DNA of 64,000 nucleotides, from NCBI GenBank assembly GCA_905233585.1, contig CAJOFD010000010.1, forward strand, positions 3,252 to 67,251. Reading direction: 5' to 3'. Each line of letters starts with the position of its first letter. Positions within the stretch are counted from its first letter, which is position 1. Positions 8,961-18,182 of the stretch are shown here, piece after piece. The stretch comes from an uncultured Bacteroidales bacterium (GTDB lineage: Bacteria; Bacteroidota; Bacteroidia; Bacteroidales; WCHB1-69). The translations under genes were made by a program, and so were the position numbers. The notes below the pieces were generated by a model that was given only the letters and a program-made list of their open reading frames with translations, did no database searches and had not been told where the DNA came from.

Positions 8961-10220
8961 ATGGTAGATATATTTGAAAGAATAATGGGGACTCCCGGTC
9001 CACTCGGTCAATATCAGGAATTTGCAGACGGTTATTATATGTTTCCGCAATTGGTTGGCGAAATAGGTCCTCACATGAAATTCAACGGCAAAGAGGTTTT
9101 ATGCTGGAGTTTGAACAACTATTTGGGATTGGCCAATGACCCTGAAGTGAGAAAAGCCGATGCAGATGCCGCAGCACAATACGGTATGGCTTATCCGATG
9201 GGGGCGCGTATGATGTCAGGAGATACCAAATATCATAAAGAATTGGAACAAAAATTAGCCGATTTTGTAGGCAAAGAAGCAGGTTATTTGGTTAATTTCG
9301 GCTATCAAGCCATGGTATCCATATTGGATTGCCTGCTTACTCGTAGAGATGTGGTGGTTTATGATGCGGAATCTCACGCTTGTATCTATGATGGAGTCCG
9401 CTTGCATATCGGTCGCCGTTTTTCTTTCAAACACAACGATATGGAAGATTTGCGCCAAGTATTGAAACGTGCCACCAAATTTGCGGAAGAACAAGATGGC
9501 GGCGTGTTGGTTGTTACCGAAGGTGTTTTCGGCATGTCGGGCGAACTTGGCAAATTGGACGAAATTGTCGCTTTGAAAAAAGAGTTCAACTTCCGTTTAA
9601 TCATCGATGATGCTCATGGTTTCGGTACAATGGGCAAACGCGGTAGTGGTACCGCTGAACATTTCGGTGTGGAAGACGGTATAGATATACATTTTGCCAC
9701 ATTTGCAAAAAGTATGGCCGGCATAGGTGCCTTTGTCGCTTCAGACCGCAAGATAGTTGACCATCTCCGTTTTAATATGCGTTCGCAAATATATGCAAAA
9801 TCATTGCCGATGCCAATGGTAATGGGGGCACTGAAACGTTTGGAAATGATTCAAACACGTCCTGAAATAAGAGAAAAATTGTGGACTATTACCCGTGCCT
9901 TGCAGAAAGGTTTGCGCGAGAACGGTTTCAATATCGGTAAGACAGAAGCCAATGTAACTCCGGTATTTTTGAGTGGTACTGTTGCCCAAGCCACACATTT
10001 GGTAGTGGATTTGCGTGAAAACTACGGTATATTCTGCTCTATGGTGCTTTATCCTGTTGTGCCGAAAGGGACGATAGAATTACGGTTGATACCAACGGCC
10101 GTTCATACTTTGGAAGATGTTGAACGCACTGTCAGCGTGTTTAAAGAAGTGCGTGAAAAATTGGATAAGGGAATATATCCGCTTGATCAAATAAACAATA
10201 AACGTATCAGTTTCAAATAA
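8961..10220 (+). CDS. Alpha-oxoamine synthase family PLP acyltransferase (SPT/Kbl-like); probable cysteate-C-fatty-acyltransferase
   Basis: 419 aa. Family motifs DDAHGFG and the PLP-lysine context ATFAKSMAG. N-terminal layout resembles Bacteroidota SPT-type enzymes. The substrate assignment comes from the neighbouring gene only. Confidence 0.75.
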   Translation: MVDIFERIMGTPGPLGQYQEFADGYYMFPQLVGEIGPHMKFNGKEVLCWSLNNYLGLANDPEVRKADADAAAQYGMAYPMGARMMSGDTKYHKELEQKLADFVGKEAGYLVNFGYQAMVSILDCLLTRRDVVVYDAESHACIYDGVRLHIGRRFSFKHNDMEDLRQVLKRATKFAEEQDGGVLVVTEGVFGMSGELGKLDEIVALKKEFNFRLIIDDAHGFGTMGKRGSGTAEHFGVEDGIDIHFATFAKSMAGIGAFVASDRKIVDHLRFNMRSQIYAKSLPMPMVMGALKRLEMIQTRPEIREKLWTITRALQKGLRENGFNIGKTEANVTPVFLSGTVAQATHLVVDLRENYGIFCSMVLYPVVPKGTIELRLIPTAVHTLEDVERTVSVFKEVREKLDKGIYPLDQINNKRISFK

Positions 10221-10225
10221 TTTAT

Positions 10226-11536
10226 ATGGATTCTGCCAATAAATATCAGTTGCGTTGCCTTAAGTGCGGACACATCACAAAAGATTTTGCCGCATGGTTT
10301 GCCCAAAATCAGTGTTGTCCGCAATGCAATAGCAAACATGCTGAAATAGAATACAGTGCCGATTATGCGAAGTTGGAACAATTGTTTGTGGGACAACCTC
10401 AAAGTTTTTGGCATTATTTCGATTTCTTGCCCTTATATGACAAAAAAAATATTGTTTCTTTTCAAGAAGGTGCAATTCCATTGGAAAGATGGACATGGTT
10501 GGAACAATTTGCCGAAAAAAACGGTATCAATTGTGAAATCTATGTTTATCGCAATGACTTGAACGGTGGAACCAATACATTTAAAGATATTGCGGCAAGT
10601 ATGGCGGCGAGTGTTTTTTCGGAAATAGGTCTTAAACATTATTGTATAGCCTCAACAGGCAATACTGCCACGGCCTATGGAAAATATTTGGCCAAGGCAA
10701 ATGTTTCCGCTGCAATATTTATGCCCGAAAATGCCGTAACGGCTTCAATGGCGGAGATTTCTTCGTATGGACAACAGGTTTATTGTGTTAAAGGAGATTA
10801 TTCTGATGCCAAAAAAGTTGCTGCCGATTATGCTGCACAATATCATGTGCCTATTTCTGCGGGCAATATTGACCCTATACGCGTAGAGTCCAAACGTACT
10901 ATGGTATTTGAATGGTTGAGAATGCTGAAAAAAATGCCTGATGTATATGTTCAGGCTATTAGCGGCGGTACGGGACCTTTGGCTTTGGACAAAGCGGTAA
11001 GAGAACTTTCGGCATATAGAGATATTTGTTTGCCTAAAATGCTGCTTGTGCAGACTGACAAATGCGACCCGATGGTGCAGGCTTGGGAAAAGGCTAAACA
11101 ACAAAATTTTCCTGAAGGTTTTCAAAATGATTATCCTGTCATAAAAAATCCGCAGACAAAAATATCAATTCTCGGTACAGGCAATCCCGGTACATATCCT
11201 ATCGTTGCTAAGTTGATGCAGAAATGCAATGGCGATTTCATTCGTGTTGCTGAAGATAAAGTGGAGGCTATGGCAAGAGTGGTGGCAATAGAACAGAAAA
11301 CTCATATTGGTCCGGCTTCTGCAGTATGTTTCTTAGGATTGATAGATGCTATTGTAAATAAGCGTATCCGGTCAGGACAAACAGTTTTGGTGAATATGGG
11401 CGAAGGCATCAAACGTGCTCCCGAATTTTTACTTGATTTGGGACATCATATCAAGCACGTGGACAATGCGAGTCAATGTGAAGTGGGAAATATTGATATT
11501 ACCAAAGGGGTCATTTGGAATGATTTGTTGAAATAA
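10226..11536 (+). CDS. Threonine-synthase-fold PLP enzyme with N-terminal zinc ribbon; probable cysteate synthase
   Basis: 436 aa. Zinc ribbon CLKCGH...CCPQCNSKH, PLP-lysine motif GGTNTFKDIAAS, and the loop AISGGTGP. A 5-nt gap separates it from the upstream acyltransferase. Confidence 0.7.
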   Translation: MDSANKYQLRCLKCGHITKDFAAWFAQNQCCPQCNSKHAEIEYSADYAKLEQLFVGQPQSFWHYFDFLPLYDKKNIVSFQEGAIPLERWTWLEQFAEKNGINCEIYVYRNDLNGGTNTFKDIAASMAASVFSEIGLKHYCIASTGNTATAYGKYLAKANVSAAIFMPENAVTASMAEISSYGQQVYCVKGDYSDAKKVAADYAAQYHVPISAGNIDPIRVESKRTMVFEWLRMLKKMPDVYVQAISGGTGPLALDKAVRELSAYRDICLPKMLLVQTDKCDPMVQAWEKAKQQNFPEGFQNDYPVIKNPQTKISILGTGNPGTYPIVAKLMQKCNGDFIRVAEDKVEAMARVVAIEQKTHIGPASAVCFLGLIDAIVNKRIRSGQTVLVNMGEGIKRAPEFLLDLGHHIKHVDNASQCEVGNIDITKGVIWNDLLK

Positions 11537-11551
11537 TGTTCACCTAAAATA

Positions 11552-11584
11552 AAAAATGCTGTCTATTTAGACAGCATTTTTTTG
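11552..11584. terminator. Bidirectional intrinsic terminator
   Basis: The sequence is aaaaaATGCTGTCTatttAGACAGCATtttttt, with an A-run and a T-run flanking the stem. It lies between convergent genes. Confidence 0.7.
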
Positions 11585-11603
11585 TTTTAGCAATTCAACC
11601 GAA

Positions 11604-11957
11604 TTAGTTGTTTTGTTTTGCTTTTTTGAAAGAAGCGGCACGTGCTTCAACTTCTGTAGCTGCGGTTTCAGCTTCTTTTTTAACAGTTGTAGCGGCTTTC
11701 TTTGTAGCTTTGGCTGCTTGTTTAACAGCGGTTGCTGCATTTTCTTCAGCGGCTGCTTTTTCTGCTTCTGCTTGAGCGGCTGCTTCTTGTGCTTTTGCCA
11801 ATTCAGCGGCTAAAGAATCTTGGATTCTTTGTTGTTCTTCTACTTGTGCAATAGAGTCAGCGATTCTTTGTTCTTCTGCTGCTTGTTCTTCTGCACTTGG
11901 ACCACAGGCTACAAATACTAAACCTGAAACGACTAATACTGCAAATAATTTTTTCAT
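11604..11957 (-). CDS. Small lipoprotein, Ala/Glu/Gln/Lys-rich low-complexity
   Basis: Signal peptide plus lipobox MKKLFAVLVVSGLVFVAC. The remainder is a biased, helical-looking repeat. Confidence 0.6.
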   Translation of the reverse strand: MKKLFAVLVVSGLVFVACGPSAEEQAAEEQRIADSIAQVEEQQRIQDSLAAELAKAQEAAAQAEAEKAAAEENAATAVKQAAKATKKAATTVKKEAETAATEVEARAASFKKAKQNN

Positions 11958-11995
11958 TTTTTCTTAAAAATTAAATAATTTACTTAAAATTTTTG

Positions 11996-12003
11996 CAAAG
12001 GTA
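11996..12003 (-). promoter_or_regulatory. -7 box TACCTTTG for the small lipoprotein gene
   Basis: Reverse complement of caaaggta, 39 nt upstream of the ATG at 11957. Confidence 0.45.
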
Positions 12004-12103
12004 GAAAAAAAAATCTAACAAACGAAAAAATAAATAAAAAATTTTTTTCGTCTAATATTCAAATAAATATAATTCAATACTCAACTTGTTCAATATTTTT
12101 ATA

Positions 12104-12111
12104 TACTTTTG
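12104..12111 (+). promoter_or_regulatory. -7 box TACTTTTG upstream of the lipoprotein / nadK unit
   Basis: TAnnTTTG match ending 9 nt before the ATG at 12120. This implies a near-leaderless mRNA. Confidence 0.4.
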
Positions 12112-12119
12112 CAAATACA

Positions 12120-12482
12120 ATGAAAGATAAATTTATTATAGGGATATTATTATTGTTGTTGGTTGCTTGTGATAAATACAATAGTACTATTGAAGGCTCT
12201 GTTTTATACGAACAAGAAAAAAATTTATACAAAGCCCCTAATGCTATTGTGTATAAACAAGTTGTTCAAAAAGAAGATACTATAAACATAATAGCCACTT
12301 CGTGTGACAGCAACGGTTGTTTTTTGTTCGATAATACCACCAAAGGTACTTGGAGATTAAAGGGGAAAATAGTATTGGACTCCGCTATTTACGAGGGTTG
12401 TAGTTCTGTTTTTACGACTAAGGGGACGGATAAGGTTGTCGTTCCTGATATTGTTTTACAACTTGTATCAACAAACGATTGA
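12120..12482 (+). CDS. Hypothetical lipoprotein
   Basis: MKDKFIIGILLLLLVAC lipobox. A small beta-rich domain of 120 aa. Confidence 0.6.
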   Translation: MKDKFIIGILLLLLVACDKYNSTIEGSVLYEQEKNLYKAPNAIVYKQVVQKEDTINIIATSCDSNGCFLFDNTTKGTWRLKGKIVLDSAIYEGCSSVFTTKGTDKVVVPDIVLQLVSTND

Positions 12483-12484
12483 AT

Positions 12485-13369
12485 ATGAAGATTATAATTT
12501 ATGGAAAAAAAACAGAACAAATGACAAGTTCTGCTATAGAAACAATTATTGACAGTTGTTGTTTATATGTAGAAAAAATATTCGTTTATCGTTCTTTTTT
12601 TGCCGATTTTTTCAGTCAAGATTTTATACACAAAAAAATTGTTCTTATCGATTCCATAAAAGATGTAGAAGATGCTGATTTCCTAATTAGTATAGGTGGA
12701 GACGGAACATTTTTAAGGGCGGTTAATTTTATTGAAAAAAAACATATTCCTATAATAGGTATCAATATGGGAAGATTGGGTTTTTTGTCTAATTTGCAAA
12801 TCAAAGATATTCCTTTTATTTTTCAATCCTTGAAAAACAAGAATTATAGTTTGGAAAAACGCATGTTGCTTAAATCTGTTTCCCTTGCTGAAACTTTTGG
12901 TGAAGTTGCAATATTTGCCTTAAACGATATGTGTTTCCATCGTACAGATGATTCTGATATGATTGTCGTTGATGTAAAAGTTGATGGAAAACATTTGAAT
13001 ACATATTGGGGTGATGGATTGATTGTTTCTACACCAACCGGTTCAACAGCTTATTCTTTAAGTTGTGGTGGTCCAATTGTACATCCGACATTAGAAGTTT
13101 TTTTGATTGCCCCAATCGCTTCACACGCTTTGACGGTCAGACCTATAATTGTACCGGCAACGACATTGGAAATTTGTGTCAAAAGCAGAACTCATGAATT
13201 TTTATTGTCAAAAGATTCAGATACGCAAAAAGTTTCTGATAATGCTACTATTATTATAGAAAAAGCGGATTTTTCAATAGATGTGATAAATTTTGAATGT
13301 CAAAATTTTTATAAAACAATTAGCGAAAAATTAATGTGGGGAGCCGATAAACGATTTTCTTTGTTATAG
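12485..13369 (+). CDS. nadK: NAD kinase
   Basis: Motifs GGDGTFLRAV, GINMGRLGFL and STPTGSTAYSLSCGGPIV. I prefer the ATG at 12485 over the track's TTG at 12479. Confidence 0.9.
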   Translation: MKIIIYGKKTEQMTSSAIETIIDSCCLYVEKIFVYRSFFADFFSQDFIHKKIVLIDSIKDVEDADFLISIGGDGTFLRAVNFIEKKHIPIIGINMGRLGFLSNLQIKDIPFIFQSLKNKNYSLEKRMLLKSVSLAETFGEVAIFALNDMCFHRTDDSDMIVVDVKVDGKHLNTYWGDGLIVSTPTGSTAYSLSCGGPIVHPTLEVFLIAPIASHALTVRPIIVPATTLEICVKSRTHEFLLSKDSDTQKVSDNATIIIEKADFSIDVINFECQNFYKTISEKLMWGADKRFSLL

Positions 13370-13384
13370 TATTGTTTTTTTGCA

Positions 13385-13392
13385 TACCTTTG
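13385..13392 (+). promoter_or_regulatory. -7 box TACCTTTG upstream of the protease gene
   Basis: Exact match 32 nt before the ATG at 13424. Confidence 0.5.
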
Positions 13393-13423
13393 CATAATTG
13401 TTTAATGATAACGATTAATTGAA

Positions 13424-15046
13424 ATGAAAAGCAATATTCTTTTGTGTTTCTTGTGTTTCAATTTGGGTGTTTTTTGTTTTGGACAAATTGGACATGGTGG
13501 AATACCATATAGTTTTCGTAAATCCAATTTGGCATATAGTGATGTTCCGACAATGTATTTGCCTCGAATGGATAATCAACAATTGTTGGAGAACGAAATG
13601 AATGTTTCTTCGGATAATCATAAGACAGGTTATCAGTTTGGAGTGGAGGTGCCTGTTGATTTTTCTTTGGAAAATAGCGGTATGTGGGAAATGCTTGAAA
13701 ATGGCGATAGACTTTGGCGTTTGAAAGTAAAATCAACCGATGCTTTGTCTTTGAATTTGATTTTTGATGAGTTTTTTATTCCGGAACATTCCAAATTGTT
13801 TATATATACGGCTGATAAATCGTATGTTACAGGTGCTTTTACCCATAAAAATAATCAATCAAGCGGTATTTTTTCTACTGCCTTGTATCCAAGCGATGAA
13901 ATAGTTTTAGAGTATTATGAATCAAATATGGATAAGGATTTGTCAAAGATAAGATTGACAACGGTTGTACATGCTTATAAGGATTTGTTTGGTAAGAGAG
14001 GTACTTATGGAAGTTCGGGTAGTTGCAATATAAACATCAATTGTTCAGCAGGTGCTGATTATCAAAATATAAAACGGGCAGTTGCCTTGATTCTGAATGG
14101 AAGTTATGCTTATTGTTCAGGTACACTACTCAATAATGTTCGTCAAGACGGGAGTCCGTTTTTTTTAACTGCCAACCATTGTATAAGTTATGCCAGTATT
14201 GTAAATCGGTTTGTTTTTGTTTTTAATTATGAATCGGCAGATTGTGAGGGCAGAAATGAAAAACAGACCTATTCCATCAATGGCAGTACCTTGTTGGCGA
14301 GAGATGTCTATTCCGATTTTTGTCTGCTGCTACTGAATGATACGCCAACTCAAGAAATGATACCTTATTATGCAGGGTGGGATGCTTCTGCTGTCCAACA
14401 TAAGAGTGCGGCGGGCATACATCATCCGAATGGAGATTTGAAAAAAATATCAATAACCACTTCAAGGTTAAAATATGCTAAATATGTGGAAGACAATCCG
14501 GATTTTCCGGATAGTACCCATTGGGAATTGGTTTGGACACAAGGAACAACAGAAGGCGGTTCATCCGGATCGGCCTTGTTCAATTCAAGTAAACGTGTAG
14601 TTGGACAATTGGAAGGCGGCACGGCAAGTTGTTCCTATACAAGTGGAGCAGATTATTATGGGAGAATAGCCTATTCTTGGACAAATAACAATAGCGGATA
14701 TAGTAATAAACGATTAGATGTTTGGTTGGACCCTGATAAAACTGGAAAACTTGTGATTGACGGATACGATCCATTTGGAACATCTATCGCAGAACCGCAA
14801 GATAATAATAGGGTAAGTTTTTGTTCCCTTTATCCCAATCCGGCAAAAGATATGGTCAATATTTCTTCTCAAGAGCAAGAGTTTGAATATGAAATGTACA
14901 ATATAAATGCACAAAAACTATTACAAGGTGTTGGCAATAATGGAAATGTGAGTGTTTCTCTTCAATCGTTTGCAAATGGTATTTATTTTGTCCGTATCAC
15001 TTCTGTGCAAGGGGTTCAGATGTTAAAATTTATAATACAACGATAA
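13424..15046 (+). CDS. Secreted trypsin-fold (S1, lysyl-endopeptidase-like) serine protease with T9SS type-A sorting domain
   Basis: Signal peptide. Catalytic contexts LTANHC (His), SDFCLLLL (Asp) and TEGGSSGSALF (Ser). C-terminal sorting domain LYPNPAKDMVNI...GIYFVRITS... Confidence 0.8.
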   Translation: MKSNILLCFLCFNLGVFCFGQIGHGGIPYSFRKSNLAYSDVPTMYLPRMDNQQLLENEMNVSSDNHKTGYQFGVEVPVDFSLENSGMWEMLENGDRLWRLKVKSTDALSLNLIFDEFFIPEHSKLFIYTADKSYVTGAFTHKNNQSSGIFSTALYPSDEIVLEYYESNMDKDLSKIRLTTVVHAYKDLFGKRGTYGSSGSCNININCSAGADYQNIKRAVALILNGSYAYCSGTLLNNVRQDGSPFFLTANHCISYASIVNRFVFVFNYESADCEGRNEKQTYSINGSTLLARDVYSDFCLLLLNDTPTQEMIPYYAGWDASAVQHKSAAGIHHPNGDLKKISITTSRLKYAKYVEDNPDFPDSTHWELVWTQGTTEGGSSGSALFNSSKRVVGQLEGGTASCSYTSGADYYGRIAYSWTNNNSGYSNKRLDVWLDPDKTGKLVIDGYDPFGTSIAEPQDNNRVSFCSLYPNPAKDMVNISSQEQEFEYEMYNINAQKLLQGVGNNGNVSVSLQSFANGIYFVRITSVQGVQMLKFIIQR

Positions 15047-16995
15047 TGTTTCAAAATAAGAACAACAAGATTTTTCTTATAAGTTTATTTTTACTATTGG
15101 TTTTGGGGCAAATTAAGGCGCAAACTATTACCTCTACCCAAAACAAAACTGCCATAAAAAACTTTAAGGCGGCATACAAGGCTATGAAAACCAAAGATTT
15201 GGAAAGATCATTGATATATGCCGAAAAAGCCATTAATGCTGACAATAAATGTATAGAAGCCTATCAATTGGCGGCAGATGTTACCTCAATATTGCATCGA
15301 AAAGAAAAATCGTGTTATTATTATTCCAAAATCATAGAATTGGACCCCAAAAATTATAAAAGTTATTATGGTGCTGCTTATCAATATATGGAATGTGGTT
15401 TTCCTGATACTGCAATTAGATATTTTGAAGCATATATCAATTTGCATCCTACGCCAAATAGCATATCTTCTGAATTGAAAAATGATTTGGAATTGTGCCG
15501 TTGGCGGTATGAACAAATGCAAAATCCACTCCATATAAATTTGATAAATATGGGAGAAAATATCAATTCTTCTTGGGACGAATATTTGCCTGCCATTACT
15601 GCAGATGAATCTATGCTTATTTTTACGGTAATGCGACCCAAGGATAAATATACTATTTGTTTTCAGTGTGTTACAGAAGAAGATTTGTATGCCTCTACGA
15701 TAGACGATAATGGCAATTGGACAAAAAGAGAGTATTTGTCCAATATTAATACCCATTTCAATGAAGGTGGACAATGTATATCTCCAGACGGAAAATACAT
15801 GATTTATACGGCTTGTAATCGTGATGAAGGATTTGGAAGTTGTGATTTATATTGGTCAAAACGAGTCGGAAACACGTGGTCAAAACCTATAAATTGTGGC
15901 AAACCTTTGAATACCAAATTTTGGGAATCTCAACCATCTTTTTCTGCAGATGGAAAAACGATATATTTCATTAGCAATCGACCGGGAGGAGAAGGCAAGA
16001 AAGATATATGGAAAACCACTATGGTAGAAGAAGGTGTTTTTTCTGAACCGATAAATTTGGGCAAAGAAATAAATACGCCAGATGATGAAATTTCAGTGTT
16101 TATTCACCCCGATGGTAAAACAATGTATTTTGCTTCAAAGGGGCATAAGGGAATGGGAGATGCTGATATTTTTATGTCTGTTTTGAAGACCGATGGTTCT
16201 TGGTCGCAACCGCTCAATTTGGGGTATCCTATCAATACTTATGTTGAAGATTTTAGTTTGGTTGTTAATGCACAAGGCAATAAAGCCTATTATGCTTCCG
16301 ACAAAAAAGACGGCTTTGGCGGTTTGGATTTATATTATTTTGACCTGCCAGCACATCTGCGTCCAAGTCCCGTTACTTATTTTAAAGGAAAGGTGTTTGA
16401 TGCTCAAGATGAAAGACCTCTTGCTGCAATGTTTGAATTGACGGATTTGGAAACGCAGCAAGTGATAGTAAAATCAACATCTGACCCACATACGGGAGAG
16501 TTTGTCGTTTGTATTCCGACAGACAAACATTATGCTTTTACGGCGATAAATGATAAATATTTGTTCTATTCCGAGACCATTGAATTAAAGGGTGTTTCTT
16601 CTCAGATAGAACCTATTGAAAAGGATATTCCTCTTAAAAGAATTGAGGTGGGGGAAAGTATTGTCTTGGAAAACATATTTTTTGATACGGATAAGTCTGA
16701 TTTGAAAAAAGAATCTTTAATGGAATTGAATCGTATTGTGAAATTGTTGCGAGAAAATCCCCAAATGCATGTGGAAATCGGTGGCCATACAGATAATGTT
16801 GGTAGTCAGGAGTATAATATAAAATTGTCAACCAATAGAGCCAAGGCTGTTTATGATTATTTGATAAAAGCAGACATCGCTTCGACACGTTTGTCTTTTA
16901 GAGGGTATGGTTTTGAAAAACCTATTGCCACTAATGATACGGAAGACGGACGTGCCAAAAACAGAAGAACGGAATTGACGATTATCGGATTTTAA
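15046..16995 (+). CDS. OmpA-family protein with TPR and TolB-like (PD40) beta-propeller repeats
   Basis: Signal peptide and an N-terminal TPR region. Repeated SPDGK/SADGKTIYF motifs. C-terminal OmpA domain NIFFDTDKSDL...GHTDNVGS..YN..LS..RA..V...NRRTEL. Confidence 0.85.
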   Translation: MFQNKNNKIFLISLFLLLVLGQIKAQTITSTQNKTAIKNFKAAYKAMKTKDLERSLIYAEKAINADNKCIEAYQLAADVTSILHRKEKSCYYYSKIIELDPKNYKSYYGAAYQYMECGFPDTAIRYFEAYINLHPTPNSISSELKNDLELCRWRYEQMQNPLHINLINMGENINSSWDEYLPAITADESMLIFTVMRPKDKYTICFQCVTEEDLYASTIDDNGNWTKREYLSNINTHFNEGGQCISPDGKYMIYTACNRDEGFGSCDLYWSKRVGNTWSKPINCGKPLNTKFWESQPSFSADGKTIYFISNRPGGEGKKDIWKTTMVEEGVFSEPINLGKEINTPDDEISVFIHPDGKTMYFASKGHKGMGDADIFMSVLKTDGSWSQPLNLGYPINTYVEDFSLVVNAQGNKAYYASDKKDGFGGLDLYYFDLPAHLRPSPVTYFKGKVFDAQDERPLAAMFELTDLETQQVIVKSTSDPHTGEFVVCIPTDKHYAFTAINDKYLFYSETIELKGVSSQIEPIEKDIPLKRIEVGESIVLENIFFDTDKSDLKKESLMELNRIVKLLRENPQMHVEIGGHTDNVGSQEYNIKLSTNRAKAVYDYLIKADIASTRLSFRGYGFEKPIATNDTEDGRAKNRRTELTIIGF

Positions 16996-17005
16996 TTTTT
17001 ATACT

Positions 17006-17953
17006 TTGAATAAAGAAGAAGTTATAAAAAAATGGCAAACGGCCTTGCATGGGTTTGAACAGTATTTAAAAATAGACAAATCATTGTCTAAGAATTCTAT
17101 TGCTGCATATATAACGGATATTAATGTACTTGCCGATTATATGATAGAAAAACACAATTTGTTACCAGATAATATTGATAGAGATAGTCTTAATGATTTT
17201 TTTGTTTATTTGTCCGAGGCTAAACAAATACAACTTATCTCGCAGGTTCGTTATCGTTCAAGTATCAATGCCTTTTATAAATATTTGATATATGTCAATA
17301 TAACAGATACCAATCCTTTAGGTTTGACAGAAAGTCCCAAGATAGGAAGAAAAATACCACAAGTATTATCTTTTGAAGAAATTGAGGCCATGGAAAACAG
17401 TATTGTGGTTGGTGATGCGACAAAGGGTTTGTCTGTCGGTGCAAGAGATGTGTGTATTTTGGAATTTCTTTATTCATGTGGCTTACGGGTAAGTGAACTT
17501 GTCAATCTTCAGATGGAAAATCTTCATTTGGAAGAAGATTATATTATTGTCAAAGGGAAGGGGAATAAGGAACGATTAATACCTATCAATATTTATGCTA
17601 AAGCAAAGTTTCAGAAGTATATACAAGATTATCGTTCATTTTTGCGTATTCCTCCACAAGAAGAATCGTATGTGTTTTTAAATCAGCGAGGTAAGCATTT
17701 GTCTCGAATGTGGATATTTAATATTGTCAAGAAGGCTGCAGCTGATGCTGGTGTACAAAAAGCAATAAGTCCTCATACGCTTAGACATAGCTTTGCGACC
17801 CATTTGCTGTATGGTGGGGCTGATTTGCCGTCTATTCAAGCCATGTTAGGACATAGTTCCATCACAACAACTGAAATTTATACGCATATAGATAAATCAT
17901 TTTTAATGGAAACGTTGCAATCTTTTCATCCGAGGTATAAAATTTCAGATTGA
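17006..17953 (+). CDS. xerD: Tyrosine recombinase XerD-type
   Basis: Catalytic region ARD...HTLRHSFATHLL...LGHSSITTTEIYTH. Housekeeping context with no flanking repeats. TTG start as in the track. Confidence 0.75.
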   Translation: MNKEEVIKKWQTALHGFEQYLKIDKSLSKNSIAAYITDINVLADYMIEKHNLLPDNIDRDSLNDFFVYLSEAKQIQLISQVRYRSSINAFYKYLIYVNITDTNPLGLTESPKIGRKIPQVLSFEEIEAMENSIVVGDATKGLSVGARDVCILEFLYSCGLRVSELVNLQMENLHLEEDYIIVKGKGNKERLIPINIYAKAKFQKYIQDYRSFLRIPPQEESYVFLNQRGKHLSRMWIFNIVKKAAADAGVQKAISPHTLRHSFATHLLYGGADLPSIQAMLGHSSITTTEIYTHIDKSFLMETLQSFHPRYKISD

Positions 17954-18020
17954 TAATCAGTGATATAGAAGAAATAAAAATATTTTTTTGCAAAAAGGTG
18001 TTTTATATTGAAAAAAGTTA

Positions 18021-18028
18021 TACCTTTG
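18021..18028 (+). promoter_or_regulatory. -7 box TACCTTTG upstream of tRNA-Lys
   Basis: Exact match 19 nt before the tRNA 5' end. Confidence 0.5.
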
Positions 18029-18046
18029 CAAACCTACAGAAAGGTC

Positions 18047-18119
18047 GTTTCAGTAGCTCAGCAGGTAGAGCACATCCCTTTTAAGGATGGGGTCCTGGGT
18101 TCGAATCCCAGCTGGAACA
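18047..18119 (+). tRNA. tRNA-Lys (anticodon TTT)
   Basis: Manual cloverleaf. Acceptor GTTTCAG/CTGGAAC, D stem GCTC/GAGC, anticodon stem CATCC/GGATG with loop CTTTTAA, T arm CTGGG-TTCGAAT-CCCAG. 73 nt; CCA is not encoded. Confidence 0.92.
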
Positions 18120-18139
18120 CATGGGGTTTGAGTTTTGTT

Positions 18140-18175
18140 GAAAGTCAATTGGTTCAATTGACTTTCTTTTTTTGT
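18140..18175 (+). terminator. Intrinsic terminator after tRNA-Lys
   Basis: The sequence is GAAAGTCAATTG-gtt-CAATTGACTTTC followed by ttttttt. Confidence 0.75.
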
Positions 18176-18182
18176 TTTATAC

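Noticed and set aside
17006-17953. I considered the tyrosine recombinase as a possible integrase of a mobile element next to tRNA-Lys.
   Set aside because: Its sequence and length fit chromosomal XerD. The flanking genes are core genes, and I saw no direct repeat of the tRNA or other mobile-element genes.
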